A stretch of 64,000 bases of DNA, taken from positions 17,546,001-17,610,000 of the forward strand of contig NC_043000.1 of NCBI RefSeq assembly GCF_006345805.1, given 5' to 3'. Positions 12,895 to 25,237 of the stretch are shown here, piece after piece; within the stretch, counting starts at the first letter, position 1, and each line of letters opens with the position of its first letter. The notes below the pieces were generated by a model, which saw nothing but the letters and a program-made list of their open reading frames with translations, was not told where the DNA came from and searched no databases. The position numbers and the translations under genes were made by a program. Origin of the DNA: Octopus sinensis. Taxonomy: Eukaryota.

Positions 12895-13070
12895 AGACAC
12901 TAACATAACCTGTAATTTCTTTGTGGACAATCTTAAGACATATGTTAAAATATTTACAATACTGGAAAAACAGCTGGATTTAGTAACACCAGTTTCTACT
13001 GATATTGAGATGGAATTTGGTCAAAAGAAATGTTCATGTCAAAAAGTTGAATGCTGGAAAATTCTTACTC
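12895..13070 (+). pseudogene. Non-LTR retrotransposon RT fragment (R4/Dong-like), copy 1
   Basis: Translation FFVDNLKTY..ILEKQLDLVTPVSTDIEMEFGQKKC resembles the R4/Dong-clade RT motif (F/Y)xDDLKxY...FSxDIGMEFGxxKC. Confidence 0.6.
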
Positions 13071-13425
13071 AAAACCTATGCGTCAATGGCCTCTTTCTAT
13101 CTTCCCTGTATCATGTAAGGTGCTATGAATACTCGTACCTAAAACATATACAAAGATGTGAAAGAAATGATGAAGAAATGATGGATGTTAATGAAAATTA
13201 TATGACAATCAATGATTTTATTTTTCAATAATATAATGTACACAATGTGTACATAGGCGTAGGAGTGGCATGTGGTAAGTAGCTTGCTTATGAACCACAT
13301 GGTTCCGGGTTCAGTCCCACTGCGTGGCACCTTGGGTAGGTGTCTTCTACTATAGCCTTGGGCCGACCAAAGCCTTGTGAGTGGATTTGGTAGACGGAAA
13401 CTGAAAAAAGCCTGTCGTATATATA

Positions 13426-13456
<31 letters not shown>

Positions 13457-13704
13457 CATATGCACATGTGCACACACACACATACATATAGACATATGTA
13501 TAAAATATATAAATATTTGTATATAAGTATATAAGCAGGTATAGGTAAGTGTTTATCTATATACATATAGATACAAGTTGATATATACACATTGCACTCT
13601 ACATATATACATGCGTACACACACATGTATGAATGTATGTATGTATGTATGTATGTATGTATGTATGTATGTATGCATGTGTGTATATATATCTAAATGC
13701 ATAT

Positions 13705-13743
<39 letters not shown>

Positions 13744-13794
13744 AATATATATATATATGTATAAAATATATACGTGTATACATACAATAGTAAG

Positions 13795-13970
13795 AGACAC
13801 TAACATAACCTGTAATTTCTTTGTGGACAATCTTAAGACATATGTTAAAATATTTACAATACTGGAAAAACAGCTGGATTTAGTAACACCAGTTTCTACT
13901 GATATTGAGATGGAATTTGGTCAAAAGAAATGTTCATGTCAAAAAGTTGAATGCTGGAAAATTCTTACTC
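13795..13970 (+). pseudogene. R4/Dong-like RT fragment, copy 2
   Basis: Duplicate of 12895-13070. Confidence 0.6.
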
Positions 13971-14146
13971 AAAACCTATGCGTCAATGGCCTCTTTCTAT
14001 CTTCCCTGTATCATGTAAGGTGCTATGAATACTCGTACCTAAAACATATACAAAGATGTGAAAGAAATGATGGAATGTTTAATGAAAATTATATGACAAT
14101 CAATGATTTTATTTTTCAATAATATAATGTACACAATGTGTACATA

Positions 14147-14308
14147 GGCGTAGGAGTGGCATGTGGTAAGTAGCTTGCTTATGAACCACATGGTTCCGGG
14201 TTCAGTCCCACTGCGTGGCACCTTGGGTAGGTGTCTTCTACTATAGCCTTGGGCCGACCAAAGCCTTGTGAGTGGATTTGGTAGACGGAAACTGAAAAAA
14301 GCCTGTCG

Positions 14309-14341
<33 letters not shown>

Positions 14342-14565
14342 GTGTGCGTGTTTGTGTGTCTGTTTGTCCCCCCAACATCGCTTGACAACCGATGCTGGTG
14401 TGTATTTACGTACCCGTAACTTAACGGTTCGGCAAAAAATAGACCGATAAAATAAGTACTAGGCTTACAAAGAATAAGTCCCGGGGTCGATTTGATCGAC
14501 TAAAGGTGGTGCTCCAGCATGGCCGCAGTCAAATGACTGAAACAAGTAAAAGAGTAAAAGAGTAA
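14147..14565 (+). mobile_element. SINE family B, full length
   Basis: Consensus head, core and tail. Confidence 0.9.
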
Positions 14566-14974
14566 TGTATATGTAATATCAGTATTGATACCAGCATTTG
14601 GGATACTTGATGTGTTTGTAAAGGAAATAGGCTCCATAGAAATTAAAATCAACAGTATCCTGACTTCAACTTCAAATGATATCAGTAGTCTCAGGAGATA
14701 AGAGTAGGGAAAAGACTTACAATTAGCATAGATAGACTCTGAGTGCTGGATGGTATCACTTGGGTAGCATCTGCTAAGTAATCATTTCTGCACAAGGCCT
14801 GAAATTTTGGGGGAGGGGACTAGTCTATTACATAGACCCCAGTGTTACACTGGTACTTATTTTATCGATCTGAAAGGATGAAAGGCAAAGTCGACCCCAG
14901 TAGCACTTGAAATCAGAATGTAAAGTTGTAAAGAAATGTTACTAGACATTTTTCCCTGGCATGGTAACAATTCT

Positions 14975-15205
14975 TATTTCTTTATTGTCCACAAGGGGCT
15001 AAACATAGAGGGGACAAACAAGGACAGACAAATGGATTAAGTCGATTACATCGACCTCAGTGTGTAACAGGTATTTAATTTATCGACCCCGAAAGGATGA
15101 AAGGCAAAGTCGACCTCGGCGGGATTTGAACTCAGAACGTAACGGCAGACGAAATACCGCTAAGCATTTTGCCCGGCGTGCTAACGTTTCTGCCAGCTCA
15201 CCACC
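14975..15205 (-). mobile_element. SINE family C, near intact (with an adjacent diverged copy at about 14795-14965)
   Basis: Reverse complement of GGCGGCGAGCTGGCAGAA...GAGTTCAAAT...GTCGACTTTGCCTTTCATCCTTTCGGGGTCGAT...AATAAAGAAAT. Confidence 0.88.
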
Positions 15206-15484
15206 TTAGATGGTAGTAACATTAAATTAAAATGAAATCTCTTGGACTCATGAGTGTCCCCCTATATCATATTTTGAAAGTCAAACTTTTGCAATTGATG
15301 AATGAAAAAAATAGGTACAAAATGAATAATAAACAAAAGAGACAGTGGAGCCCTTAAACTCCCAAGATGCAATTGAAAATGTCATGTCACATTCTTATGC
15401 AAAGTATTACACATCATCAGTAGCTGTCCCCCAAAATGCCATCATGGTACAACTTCCTATTACATCATGATCATGATAATGATG

Positions 15485-15705
15485 ATCATCATCGTTTAAC
15501 GTCCGCTTTCCATGCTAGCATGGGTTGGACGATTTGACTGGGGACTGGTGAACCAGATAGCTGTGCCAGGCTCCAATCTGATCTGGCAGAGTTTCTACTG
15601 CTGGATGCCCTTCCTAACGCCAACCACTCCGAGAGTGTAGTGGCTGCTTTTAAAGTGCCACCGACACGAGGGCCAGTCTGGCAGTACTGGTAACGGCCAC
15701 ACTCG
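15485..15705 (-). mobile_element. RTE LINE 3' end (family A)
   Basis: Begins CATCATCGTTTAACGTCCGCTTTCCATGCTAGC. Confidence 0.8.
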
Positions 15706-15799
15706 AAAAAAACAATATATAATGCTTTTCAGAGATAAGACTGCCTTGGAATAAACATAAGCAATATTGAATGTAATTGAATTGTAATTGAATGGCACT

Positions 15800-16108
15800 C
15801 CATTGGTTATGACAATGACAGTTCCAGTTGATCCGATCAACAGAACAACCTGCTCATGAAATTAATGGGCTGAGCACTCTACAGACATGTGTACCCTTAA
15901 CGTAGTTCTCAAGGAGATTCAGCATGACACAGAGTGTGACAAAGTTGACTCTTTGAAATGCAAGTACTACTCATTTTTGCCAGCTGAGTGGACTGCAGCA
16001 ATGTGAAATAAAGTGTCTTGTTCAAGGACACAATGTGTCACCAGGAATTGAACTCATGACCTTACAGTCATGAAATAAATACCCTAACCACTTAGCCACA
16101 CACCTTCA
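15800..16108 (-). mobile_element. tRNA SINE, head/core E + tail X
   Basis: Core GTGTCCTTGAACAAGACAC...CAGTCCACTCAGCTGGCAAAAATGAGT. The tail is shared with 16362-16723. Confidence 0.75.
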
Positions 16109-16361
16109 TCCTGTTATTGAATACATACATATTAAAGCAAGGACTATTGACGAAGCATTTCCTGCAAAATTTCTTCCAGATGACGCACAATCTGTAAGTG
16201 AAGCAGTTAAATTAGGTAAGACTATTTTACAGATCAACCTATACCACTTGTCATTTTTGTTGTCCAAATTTCAGCAATGAAGCTCTGTTTATTTTTTTTT
16301 TGTTAGTTAGAAACCAGCTTCTGTAGGGTAAGAGTTTGGTTAGGATAAGTGTTGATATTTA

Positions 16362-16723
16362 GTGTGGAAGCACTCCGTTGGTTACGACGATGAGGGTTCC
16401 GGTTGATCCAACCAACGGAACAGCCTGCTCGTGAAATTAACGTGTAAGTGGCTGAGCACTCCACAGACACGTATACCCTTAACGTAGTTCTCGGGGATAT
16501 TCAGCGTGACACAGAGAGTGACAAGGCCGGCCCTTTGAAATACAGGTACAACAGAAACAGGAAGAAAGAGTACAGCAGGGATCACCACCACCCCCTGCCG
16601 GAGCCTTGTGGAGCTTTAGGTGTTTTTGCTCAATAAACACTCACAACGCCCGGTCTGGGAATCGAAACCGCGATCCTCCGACCGCAAGTCTGCTGCCCTA
16701 ACCACTGGGCCATTGCGCCTCCA
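16362..16723 (-). mobile_element. tRNA SINE, head D + tail X
   Basis: Minus strand begins TGGAGGCGCAATGGCCCAGTGGTTAGGGCAGC (tRNA-like, with B box GGTTTCGATTCCC). Near-identical to the copies at 33774 and 47473. Confidence 0.88.
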
Positions 16724-17227
16724 CTTGATATTTAGTAGTCATTTGAGGAAAGACTATTGGTCTGTTTTTTTGATAGCCTGTCTCCCTCTCTGCTGTATCT
16801 ATAATTGCAAATGTTGCAAATATGTGAGTTGTCTAACCTATTTACTTAACAGAAACTTAGGGGAGAAATTCTCATCATATCAAGAGAGTGATATGTGTGG
16901 GTACATGTTCTGCATTTGAGAGGACACCAACAACAGTGACAGGAAGTGTAACCTATCTTAGACCTGTGGTAGATACAACACACCCTACCTTGAATGATAT
17001 GCCTTTGATAATCAGAAACAGGAAATAGCTACTAAATACCTAATTAATAAGAGAGATAAAGATACCTCCTAATCTCGCAATTGAAATGTTGCGATAAAAC
17101 ATGTTATAACGAAAAATGTTGAGTGTATCATATCAACATGGTAGATAAACAATCACATGATTAGCAACTGTCCAAAAATATTCACTGAGTATTATCTTCT
17201 TATAAGATATGGCATTGTTGCTAAAAC

Positions 17228-17741
17228 TACCATAAACCCTCAAGTATAGTCCGCCCTTGAGTATAATACGCAGGGGAATTTTGTGGGGCTGTACCTCTGA
17301 AAAACTTAAACCTTGTGTATAATATGTACCCCTTCTCTAACTTCAGTCAAGGAGGTCTATATAACGTCCTTGGTTTGTAAAAATGTATACGGTAACACCC
17401 TTTATTATTATTGTATATATAACATAATGCAAATGTGTAGCTTTTTCGTGCATTTGTTTGCAGAAAATAAAGAAATAACAGTATTAACGTTTAATAAATG
17501 TTGCTTACTGCAAGTTATGGATGATTCTCTTATGACTTCATTGCTTTCAGGCTTAGCTTAAGGTATTTTCGCGCCGACACCACAAAATGCATCTGAATAA
17601 ACATTGCTGGACAGCAAATAGAGTCTCGGACATTGCTAAGAAAATAATTTTCATTTTTAACCTCGTGTATAGTATGTTCTAGGGATTTTGACCTTTAAAT
17701 TTTAGGGGAAAAATGCGGATTATACTCAAGGATTTACAGTA
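17228..17741. mobile_element. Tc1/mariner-pogo-type MITE
   Basis: Imperfect TIR TACCATAAACCCTCAAGTATAGTCCGC / GCGGATTATACTCAAGGATTTACAGTA with TA ends. Confidence 0.7.
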
Positions 17742-18062
17742 CTTTCTGTAATATCCACAGGATATGGTAAACTAAGGAAGTACTTACTACTTTTGTATCT
17801 GGGTTTTAGATATTCATTTGTACCTGTTATCATAGGTGTACTGGGTTATGCAGTATGAGTTGGTCATAAAAGATTGGAAATGTTAGAGCTTTCCAAAAAA
17901 GAACAAAGCAATTTAATTTGCAAACTCTGAAGCCAATTTAGTGGGTACAATGAAGATCTGTGAAAACATTCTAAGTTTCTGACATTGACATATGTATACA
18001 ATCACATGTGTACATTTGACAAATACACATACATAAAGAGTAATCAAACACATGCACACATA

Positions 18063-18225
18063 GGCGCAGGAGTGGCTGTGTGGTAGGTAGCTTGTTTACC
18101 AACCACATGGTTCCGGGTTCAGTCCCACTGCGTGGCACCTTGGGCAAGTGTCTTCTACTATAGCCTCGGGCCGACCAAAGCCTTGTGAGTGGCTTTGGTA
18201 GACGGAAACTGAAAGAAGCCCGTCG

Positions 18226-18267
<42 letters not shown>

Positions 18268-18488
18268 CGTGTGTGTGTTTGTGTGTCTGTATTTGTCCCC
18301 GTAGCATTGTTTGACAACCGATACTGGTGTGTTTATGTCCCCGTTACTTAGCGGTTCGGCAAAAGAGACCGATAGAATAAGTACTGGGCTTATAAAAAGA
18401 ATAAGTCCTGGGGTCGAGTTGCTCGATTAAAGGCGGTGCTCCAGCATGGCCGCAGTCAAATGACTGAAACAAGTAAAAGAGTAAAAGA
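18063..18488 (+). mobile_element. SINE family B, full length
   Basis: Consensus head, core and tail. Confidence 0.92.
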
Positions 18489-18829
18489 ATATATGATGAG
18501 TAATCACATACATCCACACTTTTGTACTAAGGAGATATGTATGTCTATTACGTGAGAGTAAGTTTATTCATGTATATACTTGCATATATGAATATATTCA
18601 CATATAATTTCCTGGAACTGCCTAGCTTCAAACAAGAAGTCTTTGTCATTTTGTTTATGACTAGCTTGAATTCTACCAAGAAAATCTTAGATACATATTA
18701 AAGAAAATCTTAGATACATATTATAGAAAAACATAAATACATGCAAGCATGCATACATACATATCTGTATGCATACATGCAAGCATGCATACATACATAT
18801 CTGTATGCATACCTACATATACTCTCTCT

Positions 18830-19212
18830 CTTTTACTCTATTACTTGTCTCAGTCATTTGGCTGTGGCCATGCTGGAGCACATAGACCCCAGGGACTTAT
18901 TCTTTTTGTAAGCCAAGTACTTATTCTATCGGTCTCTTTTGCCGAACCACTAAGTTATGGGGACGTAAACACACCAGCATCGGTTGTCAAGCGATGTTGG
19001 GGAACAAACACAGACGCACAAACATATACACACACATGCATATATATATATACATATATACAATGAGCTTCTTTCTACCAAATCCACTCACAAGGTTTTG
19101 GTCGGCCCAAGGCTATAGCAGAAGACACTTGCCCAAGATGCCACGCAGTGGAACTGAACCCGGAACCATGTGGTTCATAAGGAAGCTACTTACCACACAG
19201 CTACTCCTACGC
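18830..19212 (-). mobile_element. SINE family B, inverted relative to 18063-18488
   Basis: Reverse complement of the consensus, with small internal deletions. Confidence 0.88.
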
Positions 19213-19474
19213 CTACACAAATATATACACAAATCCATACTATATTTATTCATATATAATACACACACATGCATAATGCGCACCACTATTTTTGTGCAAT
19301 AAAATGACAGGAAAAATATGTCATGTATATTATGCACTGATTTTTCATTGGAGAAAAAACAGTTCAATTAAAAAATGAAACAAGTAATTACAGGAAATCT
19401 TAAAAAATAATTTGGCTTTCCTGTGTTACCAAAGTGAATGAGTAAAAAGATTTAGAATAATGCAAAAAGTTTGC

Positions 19475-19602
19475 TTCTCAACCACATGGTTGAGGGTTCA
19501 GTTCCACTATGTGGCACCCTGGGCAAGTGTCTTCGACTATAGCTTTGGACTAACCAAAGCCTTGTAAGTTGATTTGGTAGACAGAAACTGAAAGAAGTCT
19601 GT

Positions 19603-19674
<72 letters not shown>

Positions 19675-19965
19675 GTGTGTGTGTGTATGTGCATACGTGC
19701 ATGTGTGTGTGTATGTGCATACGTGCATGTCTGTGTGTGTGTGTGTTTGCGTTTGCATCTGTGTTTATCCCCTACCACTACTTGACAACCGGTGTTGGTG
19801 TTTTTACTTCTGTGCAACTTAGCAGTTTGGCAAAAGAGGTTGGTGGAATAAGTACCAGGAACAAAAAAATAAGTATTGGGGTCGATTAATTCTTCAAGAT
19901 GGTTCCCCAGCATGTCTGCAGTCTAATGGTGGAAACAATTCAAAGATGAAAGATAAAAGATAGAT
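19475..19965 (+). mobile_element. SINE family B, diverged
   Basis: Core and tail are recognisable. Confidence 0.75.
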
Positions 19966-20329
19966 GAAACATGTACCACCATCTAATATTTAAGCATTTT
20001 TTAAATGTCTTAATTTTTCTCAAAATGGTTTCCAGATTTCTAAGTTTCAAATTTTGGTGATTCCGCATTATATATCATTACAACTACTATTATATTTTTG
20101 GTTGTGTAGGATTTGGTTTCATTTTTGTTGCAGGACAAATGAACATCTTCATTCAGGAATTTCTCTTCCAATAATTTCCAAATAAATAATTGCACAACTG
20201 TTTACTTTTCATAATAGTTTTTTTTTAAGGAAGAAATGTCTTACTTTCAATAATGGTAGCTTCATAAGTGAACTAAATGCTTTTAATGATGATGTTGAGA
20301 AATGAAAACAGTGCTCTATAAAAATGGTT

Positions 20330-20750
20330 TCAAATTTTGGAACAAGGCCTGCAATTTCAAGAGTAGGGATAAGTGGATTAAACTGTCCCCAGTACTCAAC
20401 TGGTACTTATTTTATTGACCCCAAAAGGATGAAAGAAAAGTCAACCTCAGCAGAATTTGAACTCAGAATGTAAAGATAGATAAAATACCATTAAACATTT
20501 TGCCTGGCATGTTAATGATTCTGCCAGTTTGCTACCTTGATTGGTTTCAAATTTTGGTATAAGACCATGAATTTTAGGGAGAGGTCAGTCATTTACATCG
20601 ACCCCAGTACTCAACTGACATATTTTATTGACCCCAAAAGGATGAAAGGCAAAGTTAAGCTCAGCAGAATTTTAACTTAGAATGTAAAGATAGACAAAAC
20701 GCCACTAAGCATTTTGCTCAGCAAGGTAACAGTTCTCCTAGCTTTCCCCC
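20330..20750 (-). mobile_element. Two adjacent diverged SINE family C copies
   Basis: Repeated GACCCCAAAAGGATGAAAG...CTCAGCAGAATTT motifs. Confidence 0.7.
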
Positions 20751-20889
20751 TTCTCGATGCTCCTTAATAATAACCTACTTAAAATCATTTATGTATTCTT
20801 TTTGGTTTGTGTTGTCACATTAGAACAAAGAGTCAAGTGTGGAGTTTGTTTATAATTCCATTTTTATTCTAGATTATTTTTTTCATGGA

Positions 20890-21470
20890 GGCAATGACAA
20901 ATGACTGAGACCTTTGGCATTATATTGTGCTTAAGGAGAAGACCCATTAAGCCAAGTAAAAGCACAGTCATGGCAGATATTGGGATCATGCAAATAGCAC
21001 TCGTGCCAGTGGCATATAAAAGCACCCGTTACACTCTCAGAGTGGTTGGCATTAGGAAGGGCATGCAGCCGTAGAAACCATGCCAAATCAGACTGGAGTC
21101 TGGTGCATCCTTCCAGCTTGCTAGCTCTAGTCAAACTGCCCAACCCATGACAGCACGGACAACGGATGTTAAATGATGATGATGAACCTTTGGATTAAAT
21201 GTTTGAGAAACAAATATTAAGGATCTGGCAAAAATTTTCTATTAAAAAATAAAACTGACCCCACCTGGCACCTGTGCAGGTGGCACGTAAAAAGCACCCA
21301 CTACACTCGTGGAGTGGTTGGCGTTAGGAAGGGCATCCAGCCGTAGAAACTCTGCCAGATCAGACTGGAGCCTGGAGCAGCCCCTGGCTTCCCAGACCCC
21401 GGTCGAACTGTCCAACCCGTGCTAGCGCGGAAAACGGACGTTAAACGATGATGATGATGATGATGATGTT
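20890..21470 (+). mobile_element. Two RTE LINE 3' ends (about 20890-21185 and about 21265-21470)
   Basis: Each ends in GTTAAA(C/T)GATGATGATG. Confidence 0.8.
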
Positions 21471-23186
21471 AGAGAATTTGGTAGACAGAAACTGTTTGGA
21501 AGCCTGTTTGTTGTATATACGTATATAAGCTATGTGTGTTTGTCCCTCACCTGCCACTTGACAACTGGTGTGGGTTTGTTTATTCTTGCAAACTTAGCAG
21601 TTTGGCAAAATAACTTAAGATCATTTAATAAAATAAAAGGAAATATTTTTTTTAATAAATTATATAGAAAATGATTTCAACATATTTTATGATAAATATA
21701 TTGTACAGCAATAGATTATAATGTTTTATATATATGCAATGCCATCATCATCACCACCACCACCACCATAAAACATGTTAAATGATGATAATGATAATGA
21801 TAATATAGCATATATAAAACATTATAATCTATTGCAATGGGTTATTAAAACAAAATTTTGAGAAGCGTATGCTCTTGAAGCAGCTTATACACATAATCTG
21901 TAATACATAGCAATGTAATAAACTAAGTAAAGTTTGTCATTTTGCTGTTTCCATCTCATTGTTACATTTTATATCTGAATCCAGTTCATTGTGTTTATAG
22001 GATAATAAACAACCTTGAGGGATATTATCTTACAGGGACACACTTATGAAATGTAATGAATATTTAATGTATTATCATTATCATTATCATAGAAAAATGT
22101 GATATTATTATCGTAATTTAAACTCTTCATTACACATCAGTTAACTTGAACAATAGATATGATCTATGCCATTCCGGATACAGTCTGCTCTGAACCTACA
22201 GGCTCATGAAGCTGACCTTATCTGTGTTTTCAAGCCGTTTAAGCTCAGAATATAGGATGCTCCACTAAACAGCACAATCTATCACAAGGTTAACCCTAAG
22301 ATGCCACCGGTCCTCTTTTATACTGAATCAATGTGAAGGGATGTGCCTTGTTCAAGGACATAAGTGCATTGTCAATTTTGAGAATCAAACCCACAACTTA
22401 AGGATTTTTAACCCGACACCTTAACCACTAGGCCACTCTTATCTTAACCATGAGCTACACATCATCACCATCCTGAATATGGCTACAGAAAAATAGGTAA
22501 GATTTAGTTCTTGAGAACAATTTGTACCCACAATTTTTAGGGTTAAAAATCAGTTAAAAATGTGTGCACTATACATGAATAAATACAGTACATTAAGTAA
22601 TGGGTGAACCATCGAAGCTAAAGCCACAATCACTACTAGCAGCTATTGAATATCTAAGAAGACTTGGTATACCACTTTACTTCTCAGAGGTGGTGATAAA
22701 CGAAACTACATCTGGCAAATTACATTATCAAAAAGCACTCTGCATTAAGATATCTTGTCAGTTCTGCTCTTTGTCCTGTTGTTAAAGCCATTACCATGCC
22801 TGCTCATAAATCATAGTCTTTATAGAATTGGAGACTCAGAACCTAGTAGAAAACCTCAGCTCTTTACAGAAGACCCGAAGTTGTTTGAGCCAAATATTAA
22901 TAATATCAAAAAGCAATTGGACCTCATTAACTGAAAGTATGAAAAGTATCAAAATCAATTGAATACTTATTGGCCCACAGACTTTAAAATAAAATTTCCC
23001 AAGTTCAGGTGTGCATTTCTGGTTATATGACAAGGAAAAAAGCAACCAAATTAAAAATGCAACCAATCTTATACTGTTGTTCAGGACACTAAAAAGCTGG
23101 TCATTTATATCAATTTGGGAAGAAAAATACAGAAAGATGATATCTCTGGAACTATTGATGAGGAGATTACAAATCAATTACACAAA

Positions 23187-24400
23187 TGTTGCAGGGAATT
23201 AGTAATAATGGTACACCCCTCCCATATGATGAATAGAATAACCTAGTTACTATAAGTAGAGAGAAGTACATAAAGTACCAAAGTAGATTGTAGGTGTTGA
23301 GAGATAGTTGTGTCTTACTGGTTTTACTAAGTATACTGTATACCAAAGTGGGCGTTATAACAGTCCAATGTTTTAAGGATTATAACAGTGATGACGAGGA
23401 TTTAAACAACTCACAAGGAATCAAGAAACTTGAAGAGGAGTTAGGAAACTTGCAAAGTTGATGTATGAATTTTATGAAAAATTGTAGAAGTATGGAAAAT
23501 TTGTTGGTAGGTTTGCTTGAGTTGCAAAAACAAAAACAACAATAATTGAGAGAACAACAACAACAGCAGATACAACTGCAAGAACAACAACAGAAGCAGT
23601 TGTCAGGATAGTCGGAAAAAGTGTTCTTAATAGACTATGTCGCGAACTCCATAACAGAGTTCAAATATGAACCTGACGAAGGAGTTACCTTTGAAGCATA
23701 CTACTGAAGGTATGAGAAAATCTTCGAGAAGGAATGTTAAGATTGGGATGATGAGATGAAAACACACTTAATCTTGAGAAAAGTGGTGGCAACAGAGCAT
23801 GAATGATACAGTAATTATGTATTCCCAAGAAAACCTTCTGACATATAACTACAGCACGGTACCATCCCAGATCTAATGGACAAGGAGAACACTTTGTTGA
23901 TACCTTCAAAAGAGCCTTGGAAAATTGAATAAGGAAGTCATGGATGAGGTAGCTCTACAACAATTTTTAAGAGTGTACCGTGTGACACCAAATCCAAATA
24001 CACCTGCTGGATCACCAGCAGAGCTAATATTTGATAAACTGCTACCTGGCAAGAAAAGAAAACGTGCCAGGAAAGACATAGCAAGATTCTTTAAAGTTGG
24101 TAAAAAGGTGTTTATGAGGGCATACAAGAATGGAAAGCAGAGTTGGGAAGATGGTGTAATTACCAAATGCATAGGTAAAATGATGTATTGGTTAAAAAGT
24201 AGAAAATGCATACAAAAGAAAGACAGGGACCAAGTGAACTAAAGAAGTTGGAGGAACCAATGGAATGGTTGTATGATACGTTCCAAGTACCAATGCCACT
24301 TACTGGCCTGATTTTGCTCTCTGATAATAACAATAAAAGAATGTCAACACCAGTAGTGAACTAATGAGGAGTTTGCAAATACTATACCCAGAATAACCTT
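23187..24400 (+). mobile_element. Decayed, internally deleted Ty3/Gypsy LTR retrotransposon
   Basis: Gag remnant from 23492 (..IDYVANSITEFKYEPDEGVTFEAYY*RYEKIFEKE..HE*YSNYVFPRKP) is joined directly to the integrase C-terminus (LQQFLRVYRVTPNPNTPAGSPAEL..FKVGKKVFMRAYKNGKQSWEDGVI). A PBS-like GTGATGACGAGG follows ...ATAACA near 23390. Confidence 0.8.
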
Positions 24401-24670
24401 AGATTTATATCTGAGATCATTGAAGTTCTCGGTTGGGTAACTGTTGTGGAGTGAACCGACACACCCACATGTGATGGTCAGTGGACTGGATGAGTCTTGT
24501 AAACAGATGAGTTGGTAGAGAGTTGAGGTCGAACTCTGAGAGCGTTAGTCTCGTTATTGATTCTGCATTGGAGTATTGGATTGTTATTGTGCAAACGGTT
24601 ATAAGAAGATAACCAGCTCTTGTTATATTGCTTATTGTTATACAGTTATATTCGGCACTGTGATATATTG

Positions 24671-24702
<32 letters not shown>

Positions 24703-24714
24703 CACACACACACA

Positions 24715-24752
<38 letters not shown>

Positions 24753-25237
24753 ACACACATACTCACACACATCACATCACATATCATCACTGGTGATATA
24801 ACAGTAACTAACTGTCTCAACAACAATATTGAGAAATTGGGCTTCACTAAATCACAACGGACACGACTAATTTGAAAATTATAATTATAAGTCACCAACG
24901 GAAGTGTAAAAAATATATAAACTCTTCTAGAAGTAATACATGACAAATGAGAGGTCAGCAACTTATTGCAGGACAAACCTGCACAGAGGATTTGTTTCTA
25001 GTGATCAAATATTTGTGCTGTATATTAGTTCACTCTCTCCAGAAAATTGACATTGTCTATCTAGGTGCACAGTACACTTCACATCAGATTTTGATGGGAT
25101 TCAGAACAATGTGAAATGAAGTGTTTTGCTCAAGAACACACATCATCTAATCCGGTAATTGAAACCATGATCTTGTGATTGTGAGTGCAGTACTTTTCAC
25201 CATTAGGCCATGCAACCACAATATATATATATATATA

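Larger units (their letters stand above)
12560..14320 (+). repeat. Tandem duplication, unit about 890 bp
   Basis: About 12560-13430 is nearly identical to about 13450-14320. The junction lies in the (AT)n tract of a SINE B. Confidence 0.9.
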
